A program made the translations under genes and the position numbers. Below are positions 1-11,056 of a stretch of DNA of 64,000 nt, in pieces. Within the stretch, counting starts at the first letter, position 1. Each line of letters starts with the position of its first letter. Under the pieces are notes generated by a model. The model was not told the DNA's origin and searched no databases. It was given only the letters and a program-made list of their open reading frames with translations. Origin of the DNA: Octopus sinensis (lineage: Eukaryota); contig NW_021832611.1 in assembly GCF_006345805.1 (NCBI RefSeq), positions 62,001 through 126,000 of the forward strand, given 5' to 3'.

Positions 1-328
1 TTAGATATAGTCAATACGGCAGTGCGGTTTTGTGGTTTGTTAAACATATTTCACCTCGCAGAAAATTTCCAATATATAGATCTGTTATTCAAATAAATTT
101 AATCTTAAATATGGCGTCAATTATTTTATTATAATAATTCTATTTTAAGATATTTTGTTTATTCCTAATTGTTATTTTATCAATTAAGTTCAAATCGTCA
201 TATTTGCGCTTTTAAAGAAATTTTAAACTAGTTCTGAATCAGGTGTGTATTTTAATATATAATTAATTTGCCAAAATGAATCATTTATGATTCACATCAA
301 TACATAAAATTTATATAGATTGACCCAG

Positions 329-3083
329 ATGAATCAATATTTAAGTCCATTGATCTCACATAAAGAAAATCAGCAGCTCATATACTGTATGGGGAGAGGA
401 AGAGAAGTATGTAACCTAATAATACGTGATTTAATATATAGATAATATATTCTACTATTGCTCAACTATATAATGTAAACAACGATATACCTCGTTCATG
501 GAGACACCAAGCAACAGGAGTAATTTGTTTAGTGAAAAATCATATTGGAAAATGTTTTGTTTTGGCATTTTATAATCTTAAATCAGTATTTTTGTCAAAT
601 TCATCTCTAAAGTGTGAACTAATTCTGAAACAAGATCTTTATTATAAAATGCCTTATTCTGAACAGACACAGTTTCTTCATTCTTTTGAAACTAAAGTTT
701 GACTTATTTTTTATATTGATTTGACCTAATTTCTTGAATTTTGGTCAATATGCTAATAGATTACTTTGATTACTTTGTTAGGACTCAGTTATCGGATTGA
801 ACTTTGCCTTTGAGCAAGACGCGAAAAAATTTATTAAAAACGTTCAAACCAAGCTCGAAATGATCCGCAATATACGAGGTAGGAATATTATTTTATTTCA
901 ATATTTCTATGATTCAATATTATACATTACACTATCATTTTATTTCATAATTTAATTTTTAGAAAAAGGATTTTACAATATCGACTCAACAAGTTCTCGT
1001 TTGTGTATTTCATTTACTTATTTTTAGCTGAATCTACCACAAGAAAAAGCAAATCTGTAATTGAAAAATTTAAAAAAGGTTTATATTAACATATTTAAAA
1101 CATCAGATTTAAAAAATAAAAGTCGTAAAATTTCATTCTTTGGAAAAAAAGATACAAGTAATAATGTTTAAAAGAATTCTAGATGATTTTGATTATGGCA
1201 ATTGTCTGATTTCTGAACCGAAGGATCCTCATGTTGTTTTACACTATGGAGAATCTGTAAGTCAAATTGTAGCTTTATTTATTTTAAAGGGGATTGTACT
1301 TGATGAAAAAGCTAAAAATAAATTCAGTGAGATAGGATATACTGATGATCAACTAAAAGACCCAAAAATCGTACAATCGCTCATTTCTTCTATTTCTAAT
1401 TGTAAAGGAAACCTAAATGAAATAAAAAATACTGCTCCCAAAAAAACTAAAAAAAGTAATAAATAATTTTTCTACTTCTTAGGTTCTAAATCAAAGAAAA
1501 AAGAAAGCCAGAATTTAGTTAATTTTGACGATATAGTAATCGGAGAACCACGTAATCCAATGTAATTTCAAATGGAATTTTTTATACTATTAGACACACA
1601 GGGGAAGCGGACTTGACATTAAAATATGGCATGAATTTTGGTATGTAAATATATGAAATCATTAATTTTAGATAATGGCTCAAAATATTGTTTTAATAAG
1701 ATTGGCGATAATAACGTTAAAAGTAATGAATAATATATTATTTTTAGCTGAAATGTCTATTCCTGTCGATTTTGAATCGATTAATGACATGTCATCAAAT
1801 ACGCCATTAAATAAGAGTTCATTGTCAGGTATGAAGTCTGTTTGAAACATCAATTCAGATTCACAATTTAATATTCATTCGAACATGCAACCAAATTTTA
1901 TGCCTCCTCCGTTTGTTCCCGATAAATTTTTTAGATCTGAACAATTGGATATATCAAATAATTTATCACAAAAACCCTTGCCATCGTCATCTCAAATAAT
2001 CACAAATCCATTTATTGCTCGTTCAAAAGTCGAAAACATTGAAATTCCAAAACAAGTTTTTTCACATGCTCCCAATACTTCTCTAAACCCGCCACTGCCA
2101 AACATTTTTACAGACCAATTCCCGAAATCAACTTTTTCACGACCCTCTATAGATAATCTTCCAAAAAAATCATTTTCACGACCTCCTCCAGATACACTTC
2201 CAAAATCTACATTTTCAGTTCCTCCTTCGAATGAACAGCCTAAACCACAAAGAAATATACCATCTTCAAAGTTGGATTTGTCCTCTGATGTAAAATCGCC
2301 AACTTCATCAATTCCCCGATTAAGTGGTTGTTTTGATGTTCCAAATTTTCTACCCCCATCAAATTTTTCGCCATTAAATCAAAAAATAAACAATGATTCT
2401 TCATCAAATTTCATTTCCTCTGATATTGAATCAAGGGGAGGAAATGTTAATAAAAATATGCCTTCTAAAATGAGCTCATATAAGCAAACTCATGGTTCAA
2501 ATTTATCACCAGAGTCAATTATGTGGCCTACAAAAGCAACACCCTCTGATCAAAAAAGAAATGAAGTTACTAAAGCCGACCAAAAAAGAAAAATAGAGGT
2601 TTCATTGGTTATGATATTTTCAAGTTGGATTCAATTGAAGATAAAGTATCAGAAAAGATACATGTACCAACACCTCCAACTGCCTTAAATATTCCATCAA
2701 AAAAAGATAATAATTTACCTGATAGAAGTATTTTTAACAACATAATTTTATAAAGGCAATCTTCTTTCTCAAATTCGAAGTGGTAGTCCAAAATTAAAAA
2801 ACACGGAATTTACCCCAGCTAAAGAACACAAAGACAATGCCAAACCAGCCAGTAGTGTTTATTTTAGTTACATTTATTAGATTTACTGAGCGAAATAAGA
2901 TCTGGGAAAACACTTCGTCATGTTTCTCCTGAAGATAAAAACCCAAAAAATGACATTAAACCCGTACCAGGAATAATGCAGTCTGTTATTGATGTCCTTA
3001 ATGAACGTAAAGCCGATTTATATTCCTCTGGTGACTTGTTTTGACTTTAATTTTTAGATACCAGTGAAGGGGAAGCTTGGTAA
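329..3083 (+). CDS. WASL: WASP/N-WASP family actin nucleation-promoting factor (multi-exon)
   Basis: Spliced by eye. WH1 domain (MNQYLSPLISHKENQQLIYCMG...TGVICLVKN...LKQDLYY...FLHSFE...IGLNFAFEQDAKKF); CRIB-like ISEPKDPHVVLHYG and IGEPRNPIHTG; long Pro-rich exon (ORF 1885-2688); two WH2 motifs (GNLLSQIRSGSPKLK, DLLSEIRSGKTLRHV); C helix GIMQSVIDVLNERKADLYSS; acidic end DTSEGEAW* (TAA 3081-3083). An upstream 5' exon is possible. Confidence 0.9.
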
Positions 3084-3239
3084 TTTTCTTGAAATTTTTT
3101 TTATAATCAAAGAAATAAAATGAACTGCTGATTAACTTAATTATTTTCTTGTTGACTTTGATTCTGATTTTTAGCATCAATATTAGAGAATAATTTTTTA
3201 TTCCCATAAGATAAAAAACAAAACATTAGACAAAAAAGG

Positions 3240-3665
3240 AAACCGCCTAGTTTGCCATGCTAGAGGCTGACGAGATTGAAAAAGAGTTAGAGCGTACTGT
3301 CGCGATGGATATCTGCATAAAAAACCATCTTGATTCGCGGCCGTCGCCTGTGGATGTAAAAATTCGAGATCCGATTTCCTGAACGAAGCTGATGGTCTTT
3401 CCTCCCAAGGAACCGGAAGTCTCAACTGTGAATGAAAGAAATTGATACTTCTTCACAAGTGAAAACTACTTCCACATCTTTCTGCATTCAGCAGTTGTGT
3501 AAGAAATTATTCTTGAGCCAGAGGTGGATGCAGATATCAGCAGGTTCTGACGAGAGAATGAGTCCACACACGTGAAGTCCCAGGTAAGTGGCTTTCCTCT
3601 GTTGAATGGAAACACAATGATCCCGTCCAGTCTCTTCCCAACTCCCCGAGTCTCTTTCTAACTTG
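3240..3665 (-). mobile_element. CRE-clade non-LTR retrotransposon, 3' fragment (restriction-like endonuclease region)
   Basis: Minus strand reads RLDGIIVFPFNRGKPLTWDFTCVDSFS...FTVETSGSLGGKT...TGDGRESRWFFMQISIATVRSN with one stop; this is the PD..D/ETxG/IAxxRGN C-terminus of CRE-type elements. Confidence 0.7.
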
Positions 3666-3669
3666 GCCG

Positions 3670-4090
3670 CAGTTTAGGAGAAATTCTCTTGAATCCGCCA
3701 CATTACGGTCAGGAACCAAAAATGGCGGGTTCGAGAATTTTGCGGATTTGAGAGGGTTTTTTTTAATTGATTCTTAAATTATTTTCTTACAAACACATAA
3801 AAATTTTTTATTTAGAACAATCAGTAATTTAGGTTTTTTGTTTAGATTTTCTTAGTTTTTGACCAATATTTTCCAACATGTTCAAAGTTTCAATGTCTGT
3901 TATATCCAGTTTAAAATAGTTTCTTAAAGTGTCCAATGCGCTAAAAGAATCTACAAAATCCACATTTTCATTTTTGCTGGTCTCAATTAAATTTTCATTA
4001 ATAACCTAATCGCAAGAAACTGTTTGGAAATTTTCAGATGTATCATCTTGAGACATTTCAAGTAATTCGGCATTTTCAGTGTAGCCTTAT
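3670..4090 (-). mobile_element. pogo/Tigger-like transposase C-terminal remnant
   Basis: Degenerate acidic C-terminus (...SALDTLRNYF...LENIGQKLRKSKQKT.ITD) followed by a terminus-like segment near 3670; recognised by motif only. Confidence 0.4.
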
Positions 4091-4109
4091 TTAATAAATT
4101 CTTGCTTAG

Positions 4110-4330
4110 TCAATTTTTTTCTCACGTGGTTTGGGGAGAAGAATCGCCAAAGGAAGTGACGACCCAAGATAGTTCTTTTGGCTTTTTCAACGCCTGTCGA
4201 TTCTGGAGATTCCTGGTGGGCTAAATCAGCAAATGATTTATTAAATACAATTATTGTCGATTCTGGAATCTCCATTGCCGTAATTCGCGGCAACTGTTTT
4301 GCAATCCGTGAGGCTGGGAGGGCGTCTTAA
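4110..4330 (+). mobile_element. CRE-clade 3' remnant carrying a templated insertion
   Basis: GLGRRIAKGSDDPR*FFWLFQRLS[insert]IAVIRGNCFAI; the insert matches 5572-5635 in reverse complement. Confidence 0.65.
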
Positions 4331-4689
4331 ACTGCGTAGTCTTAAACAAACTTTCTCCTTTTCTAACTGGCTTAGTCAATTGGTTGTTAATTAGTAAATT
4401 TTGTTAAAAAATGGCAAATTCGAAAGAGTTTACAGTATGTAAAAATTACTAAACACAGTTATCACAAATTGCGGATATATTGAATCGACAACAAAGTTTT
4501 TGTCTTTTTTATTTAATTTATGATTGTGTTTTGAAAATTTATTTGTTATATTTTATTTATTTTGATTTGAATCATTTAATTTATTATTCTCTCAGATAAT
4601 TAAAATTGAATTTCAAGTTCAAAAAGTGCATCGCTTATTTTTTTCATTTATCGAGGTTTTACTGCTAAAAAGCTATTTGTGATATTTGT

Positions 4690-5250
4690 GTTTTGTATAT
4701 GAACATGCAATGTAAAAAACCGCGCCTTGCTGTTTTGATACGTCCAAAAAAAGAAAATTTTGATTAACATGGACCTCGTTCTGGCCGCTGAACTAAACTT
4801 TTCAAAGACCATTTAAACTAATTTTACCTTGAAGATCCATTCCAAACAACAGGGAAATTTTCAAGCAAATAAATTGTTCTCATAAGTGTGTGAAAAAGCA
4901 TTTTTACTATTCAGTAAAAGTGACATAATCGACAGCACAATGTTCTTGTAATGCCTGACAATGCTCGTCCTCATATATCAAAAGTTGTCAAATCAACTGT
5001 TCAAGCAGACGCCTGCAAGACGGTGCCACATTCGCCATAATCACCTGATTTTACAGCAACAGATTTTCACTTTTTACGATCACTTTTAAATGCTATGTGT
5101 ATAAGTTTTTTTTAACAATAATGTAGTATTCAGAGCTTAGTTGAATAAATTTTTCGAGTCAAAATCCGATGATTTCTACTAAAAGGCATTGAGATTCTTT
5201 TTAAACGTCGGAAAAGTTGTAGATACAGATGGAAAATATATCATTGATTA
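4690..5250 (+). mobile_element. mariner transposase remnant
   Basis: DNARPHISKVVK...HSP*SPDFTATDFHFLRSL...RRKVVDTDGKYI, the mariner DNARPH and YSPDL motifs; stops and frameshifts present. Confidence 0.8.
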
Positions 5251-5365
5251 AATAGTGGTTAGTTCTTATTTTTCTAACTCAATAATTGGACAAATTATGA
5301 TAACATTTTTATTTGAATAAAATATATCAAAAACATTAAAAAATCAATACGCCATAAAGACGCAG

Positions 5366-5834
5366 TCATTCCTTTATATTTTTTAATTTTGAAAATAACA
5401 AATCTTGTTTTTCAATTCGATTGAGTTTACCATTCCTCGTTTTGGGGGGTTTAATTCTACTTCAAAAATTAACAAATAAATAAACTTTGAAGATTTTTTG
5501 GATTTTTTATTTCCATTAGACAGCGTTATTTCTTTATTCTAATTCGCAAAATCATAATATAAAATATTACCACAATAATTGTATTTAATAAATCATTTGC
5601 TGATTTAGCCCACCAGGAATCTCCAGAATCAACAGAATTAGCATACCCAAGCTAAAATATAATATAATTGTAATTACCCCATGTTTTGACTTTTGAGATC
5701 TCTGAATGATTGGCTTGGTAATTCCCTGATTAATTATTCCCAATCCCTCACCTAAAGTCTTCATAGCAATAAGTAAACTCTTAACCTTCTTTCCATCCCA
5801 TTTTTTCAATAATTTTTTTAGAGCAAAACGGCAT
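5366..5834 (-). CDS. GPATCH4: small G-patch protein, GPATCH4-like
   Basis: Spliced through four short introns: MPFCSKKIIEKMGWKEGEGLGIINQGITKPIIQRSQKSKHGLGYANSVDSGDSWWAKSANDLLNTIIV...GKLNRIEKQDLLFSKLKNIKE*. G-patch followed by WW and GKLxRxExQ motifs as in GPATCH4. Confidence 0.7.
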
Positions 5835-6386
5835 AACTACAAAACCACGTGAAAAGTTTTTAAAAAATATTTTTAATTTATTAAAAACATTAATATTTTG
5901 AATTTAGTTTCACTCTAAAAACAATTTCAGTAATATTTTTATCTTACACAATTTCTTGCTTCATAAAATTGACAGAATAAAAACTGGTGCGGTCGACTTA
6001 TCTGTATAATCGAATTAATTATATTAGTAAAACGTGAATTTAACTGAAACATCAGAAAAAGTATTGATATTGATGAATTCAATCGAAATTTTGGTAAAAA
6101 GTCACAATTACATACAAATGAATTCTTATACATTTGTTAAGGTCCAAATTAAAATATTTAATATTGATTGCTGTATTAATTTCTTCTTTTTCGTTTTGAG
6201 CTATTCCTTAGCTCTCTAACTACAATTTCTTGTCTACCATCACGATCTGATATTCACTCCACCATTGTTCTTACACGGGCGCGATTCTGTCAATCTTTAC
6301 TTATCGTAGAGACTTGTGTTGTAGACAATGAATAATCTCACTAGCATCACTCTTTTAAAAACGCATCCCATTTTGATGCTCTAATA

Positions 6387-7637
6387 CAGCGGTTCCCAAC
6401 CGCGGGTGCGAGCAAAAATTTAGGGGGTGCGAGATTTTTAAGATTTGTAGTTAATTTTTTAAAGAGCAAATATTTTTCAAAACTGAAATCTTATTTTTAG
6501 ATTATACCTAACTTTTTTATTGGAAATTAAATTTATATAATTTTATTTATTCAAAAAAATATATTATTTTATCTAAGTTTTTTTATTTCAAATTGTCACG
6601 TTTATTCTTTGTTTTTATGAAAAAGAGAAACTGGAATGATTATTATGCCCGTTTTGGATTTACATATACTAAAATCGATGATCTCCAAAGGCCCAAATGT
6701 TTCTTATGTGAGGCTATATTCTCTAATCAGAATATGAAACCTTCCAGACTGGAACAGGACTTTCTAAATAAATATGGTGGAACTAATATTAGCGGCAATG
6801 CAATATTTGGAATCCCACGAATTTACTCAGATGCTGGCTTATTTGACCGACATTTTTACTCACATGAATAATTTGAGTTTATCTCTTCGAGGTACAGATG
6901 TTAGCATACTCAAATGCCACGAAAAAATGGCTGCATTCAAAAATAAATTATTTCTTTGGCTTCGACAAATAGAAACATACAATCTCACGAATTTCCCAAT
7001 TTTAGAAAAGGTGGTCGACAATTCAATGAATCCTACTTTTCGTAAAGAAATTATCTCATTTAGAAGTATTGTCCACGTCTTTTGAAGGATATTTCGGAAC
7101 AGATTTAAATATTACGGATGAATGGATTTTGAGTCCATTTTCGTATAATCTGAAAATTATGTCAGATTATCGTGAACTCAAAGGGGATCTGATTGATTTT
7201 CGAACAAAGCACTTAAAATAGAGTTTCACAATTGTACATTGGAGCATTTTTGGAGTTCAGTAGTGAAAATGTATTCAAAATTATTTCAAAAGGCTTTGTA
7301 TGAAATTATTCCATTTGAAACGACATACTTATGCGAGTCAGGATTCAGTCCTCTTTTGGCAATTAAAACTAAATACAGAAATCGCCTGAATCCCGAACAT
7401 TCGTATTGTGATTAGCAAAAAAGTGCCAAGATTTGACAAAATCATTGAAAATAAACAAGAACAAAGAAGTCATTAATTGATTACTTTTGTTCTTGTGTTA
7501 CTGTATACTTTTGTTAATTTAAACTTTATTTTGTTCAATGTTAAATTGTTAATTTTTTTCGATTTACAAACCTGGCGGTGCGAGAGTTTGTAAAAAATAT
7601 TTAGGGGTGCGAGCTCTAAAAAGGTTAGGAACCCCTG
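6387..7637 (+). mobile_element. internally deleted hAT (ZBED5/Buster/SCAND3-like) transposon
   Basis: TIRs CAGCGGTTCCCAACC and CAGGGGTTCCTAACC; 8-bp TSD CTCTAATA at 6379-6386 and 7638-7645; BED-finger remnant (YYARFGF..RPKCFLC..NMKPSRL) joined to C-terminal remnants (LAYLTDIF, PFETTYLCESGFS). Confidence 0.9.
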
Positions 7638-7645
7638 CTCTAATA

Positions 7646-8230
7646 AAATGCTTTCAAGGGTTTTTTTTAGTACAATAGATTGAATTTGTGCTTTTGAATT
7701 ATATCCACATCCAAAACATCCATTTATGACTTGTAGAAGTTACTTATTATCCAAACACCCAAGTCAAAACAATAGAAATAATTTCAACTTTCTCGTTGTA
7801 TTATTTGAGACAACTCTCCAGTGAGAAGGTCGTGTTTATGAAGTTTTTCTACCTCGACCATCTTTAGAATCTTCTAAAAAGTGATTCCAACCTTTACTAA
7901 AGTAATCTCACTATCTTTTTATCCAAAACAAATATGTCCGGCTTGTTATGTTTTACTCTAATATACGTCATTAACGTCGTATCGATTCAAATCTCAACAT
8001 TCTCAGTTGTTACTACTGAATGAGTCTTCAGTTTCTTTGAATATGTGATTCAATATCTACGACACAAGTTTAAATTAAAAAATCTCATGACTTAGAATTT
8101 CATTACTATTTAACATCTTATTGCATCTCGTCGCCAAATAATCGACTGTTTTTTTGGCAGATTCACAATAATTGCGATTCGACCCTTTTTTCAAAGTACA
8201 AATTTCGGTGCCTTGACAACTTGCCTCAAA
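7646..8230 (-). mobile_element. R4/NeSL-like non-LTR retrotransposon 3' remnant (RLE domain); continues at 6240-6378 beyond the hAT
   Basis: Minus strand KLKTHSVVTTENVEI...KHNKPDIFVLDKK..ITLVKVGIT...EVEKLHKHDLL; same type as the element at 11267. Confidence 0.65.
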
Positions 8231-8379
8231 AATCAGTCTTTGATTAAAAATTCTTCCGTAGCTGTTTTCAGGTGTCTGAGGATATAAATTAAGAGGTTAG
8301 CTCCAATTCGCTAAATTACGTAATATTGTTTATTGGTTGAACTGGTGATATCGTTCTTAAAACAAATGTCTTTTTCGCA

Positions 8380-8750
8380 CGTTTCGAATAATGAGTTCAC
8401 TTTGGCGTCATTCAATGTCCGAGGTTTAAAAGAAGTGCAGAAAAGGGAGGATTTGACAGATGATTTAACATCATATAAGGTCACCATATGCAGCATACAG
8501 GAGACTAAAGTGAGGGATGCAGCTGAGGAGAATTACAGAGAGTATAGACTGCTAAACTCCGAATGTAACCACTACGGACTTGGCTTTGCTATACATCGTT
8601 GTCTTAAAGGAAGAGTCCACAGAGTGTGGAGGATCAGAATAGCAGTACTTCAGATAAAAAGAGGAAAGTCGGATAATGTTCGCTTAGCACCCCGATGGAG
8701 ACGCCTGGTGGACAAGATTTCTGAACGTGCGGCACAAAAGGGGCCTTAGC
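8380..8750 (+). mobile_element. RTE-like LINE derivative: APE N-terminus fused directly to the ORF C-terminus
   Basis: LASFNVRGL...ICSIQETK...YGLGFAI (APE motifs) runs within ~40 codons into PRWRRLVDKISERAAQKGP*. Confidence 0.6.
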
Positions 8751-9031
8751 TAATTTAACATTTCTTTGGTTCTGTGTACGTGCTATTAATAATAATACGT
8801 CATACTGTGAATCTCATTTTCTGAACGACTTTTGGGTAGAATTGAATTGCCTGGAAATTTATGTTTTGCTTGATCTTTTACCTGACTAAAAATAGTCACA
8901 AACAAACAAATACTTTTAATTTATAGTCGACAAGATGACCTTCGAATACCACTAAATTATTATTATTTTTTAAAATAAATTAAAAAGGTAATTAATATAT
9001 GATAAATTGTTATTTTTTGTTATGACGTTAA

Positions 9032-9952
9032 ATGGATCCCTCTATTGCTGATTTATCTAAAGAAGAAAGGTTTTATATGTCTTAAAGCATAAATAAAGAT
9101 TATTTGTGTACGTCTGTGAATACCTTTGTCATTTTGGCGTCGAACATATAGCCCATATGCTAAGAGAAGAAGTTGACTTATTATATTCATGTTAAATAGC
9201 TCAAATACGAAAAGCCTATGCATGTTGGAACATCTCCAGGAGTGTTAATGAACTGGTGGACGTTAGAATTACAATTAATTCAATTTTAGTGTTTTTTGGC
9301 AAATATTTTTAGGCACAACTCCTGAAGATGTTAAATCAAACATCCGACGTGAACAATCCCCTCATCTACCTGTTAATATTATTTTATATAATCAATTTAG
9401 AATAGTCCAATGATACGCCACTACGGTCATCCCCAACGTTTTCAATCTTACGGACAGCCGTGAGTTATTAAATAATTTTTCCAGAATAAATAACTTTCCT
9501 GGAGGATATCCGCCAGGGATGCTCGGAGATCCAAGAATGCAGCAACGTTTTATACATGAAAGTCATAGAATGATGCATCCAAATCGTATGATGGTCAGTA
9601 TTGTATAAAATGATAAAAAATAGAATCCTCGAATTCCTGGTGGTTATATGATGGGAGATATGAGAGGTATGGGGAATCCCTCTATGTACGGTCGGCCTAG
9701 AATGACGGTTTTGTTGTATTTTATATTTGTAGTCTCCTCGTCAATTCTCTCAATTCGACGAGGCATTGCATGGTAGCTTTGTTCCGACGAATAATTCGCT
9801 CAATAATGTGGATTGTTTTGGTATTATTTTTATAGCATCCTATGATGCCTCGTTACAATGAAATGAACCCAAAGATGAGACAGGGGATGTATTTGGCTGC
9901 ATCCTCTACAGGAAATGAACCTCTAATAATCCTCAAGAACAAAAGGTTTTGA
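9032..9952 (+). CDS. SSBP3: SSDP/SSBP2-4 family single-stranded DNA-binding protein (LUFS domain plus G/P/M-rich tail)
   Basis: Spliced: MDPSIADLSKEER|LFVYVCEYLCHFGVEHIAHMLREE|LKYEKPMHVGTSPGVLMNWWT|VFWQIFLGTTPED, matching the LUFS domain (LALYVYEYL...GEPPGFLHSWWCVFWDLY). Exact 3' end and paralog assignment are uncertain. Confidence 0.8.
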
Positions 9953-10539
9953 ATCAAGTTGATGAACATATAGGGATCTGATAATTTGTTTTCTAATGAC
10001 TCTTTTTATAACTAAACTTGTATTTAACTGTCGATTTTATTTATTTTGTTTTTTTCTGTTGAATTTGTGTTATAGTTTACGTTTTAAGTAAAAAGTAATA
10101 TAATTTTTTGAAAATAGAGTTAGAAATTCAAATAAACATTTATTTTATATTTTACAATTGGATATTAACAGAGTATAAATAAAGGTAACGTTCTATTCTT
10201 AGAAAACATGAAAAGGTTAGGGGTGTTAATTTGACGATACAATTGCTAAACTGATGTTACTAACAGACATGCTCTTCTGAGATACGTACAATAGGATTGC
10301 ATGTATTTATAGATCTCTTTTTTATTGTAGCAATCTCATAATTAACCCAATCAGGGATATGATCACTCAAATTAGGGCTAAATGTTAGTTTAAGTTTGTA
10401 ACGGGGAGTCTGTTCTAACTTTGTGACGATATTCTGGTACTGCTTAGAGAAATACCTGTCTTCTAAACCAAATAGAAGATTTGGAATGAAAACTGTTTGA
10501 TGCAAAAATTTATAAATTTTCGGATCCAAGTAAAAACTT

Positions 10540-11050
10540 CTGATTTGTAATATTTTTAAAAATGTAATCATTCTAGTATAATTCTTATAAAACACAAAGG
10601 AAAATTTCAAATTTACGTTTGCCTAGCTCAAAAATTGTGAATTATTAGAAATAATATACAAATATCAACTTATTAAGTTTGAAATGTGGATTTTCTGAGA
10701 GCTGAGAATATTAAAAAATCAATAAATACTAAATTTTGTTACTCGAGGAACAGCTATTTCATCTCCTGTCTATAAAATTAGTAATTAATTTTTAGACTAT
10801 CCGATAGGACGCATCATCCATTGATATATGAGACTGGTAGGTTTTAAAAATAAAAACACAAATGAATGTGGCGAATGAACACATAATTTATTATTTGATA
10901 AAAAATTTACTTAAATACTCCAATGTATGTACAAAATTTTGAACTTTAGTTTTCATTTATTTTTAAGTACCTTTGACATTCTTTAGATAAAGTACATTAT
11001 CGAAAAAACTAGTTTTTTATTGATACAGCTGATTTTAACCATTTAATTAT
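10540..11050. repeat. dispersed, internally deleted copy of part of the 1.9-kb tandem unit
   Basis: Shares GATTTGTAATATTTTTAAAAA...CTGAGAGCTGAGAAT...CGAGGAACAGCTATTTC...GAGACTGGTAGG...TTAACCATT with the units at 17.4-32.1 kb. Confidence 0.85.
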
Positions 11051-11056
11051 AAAGTA

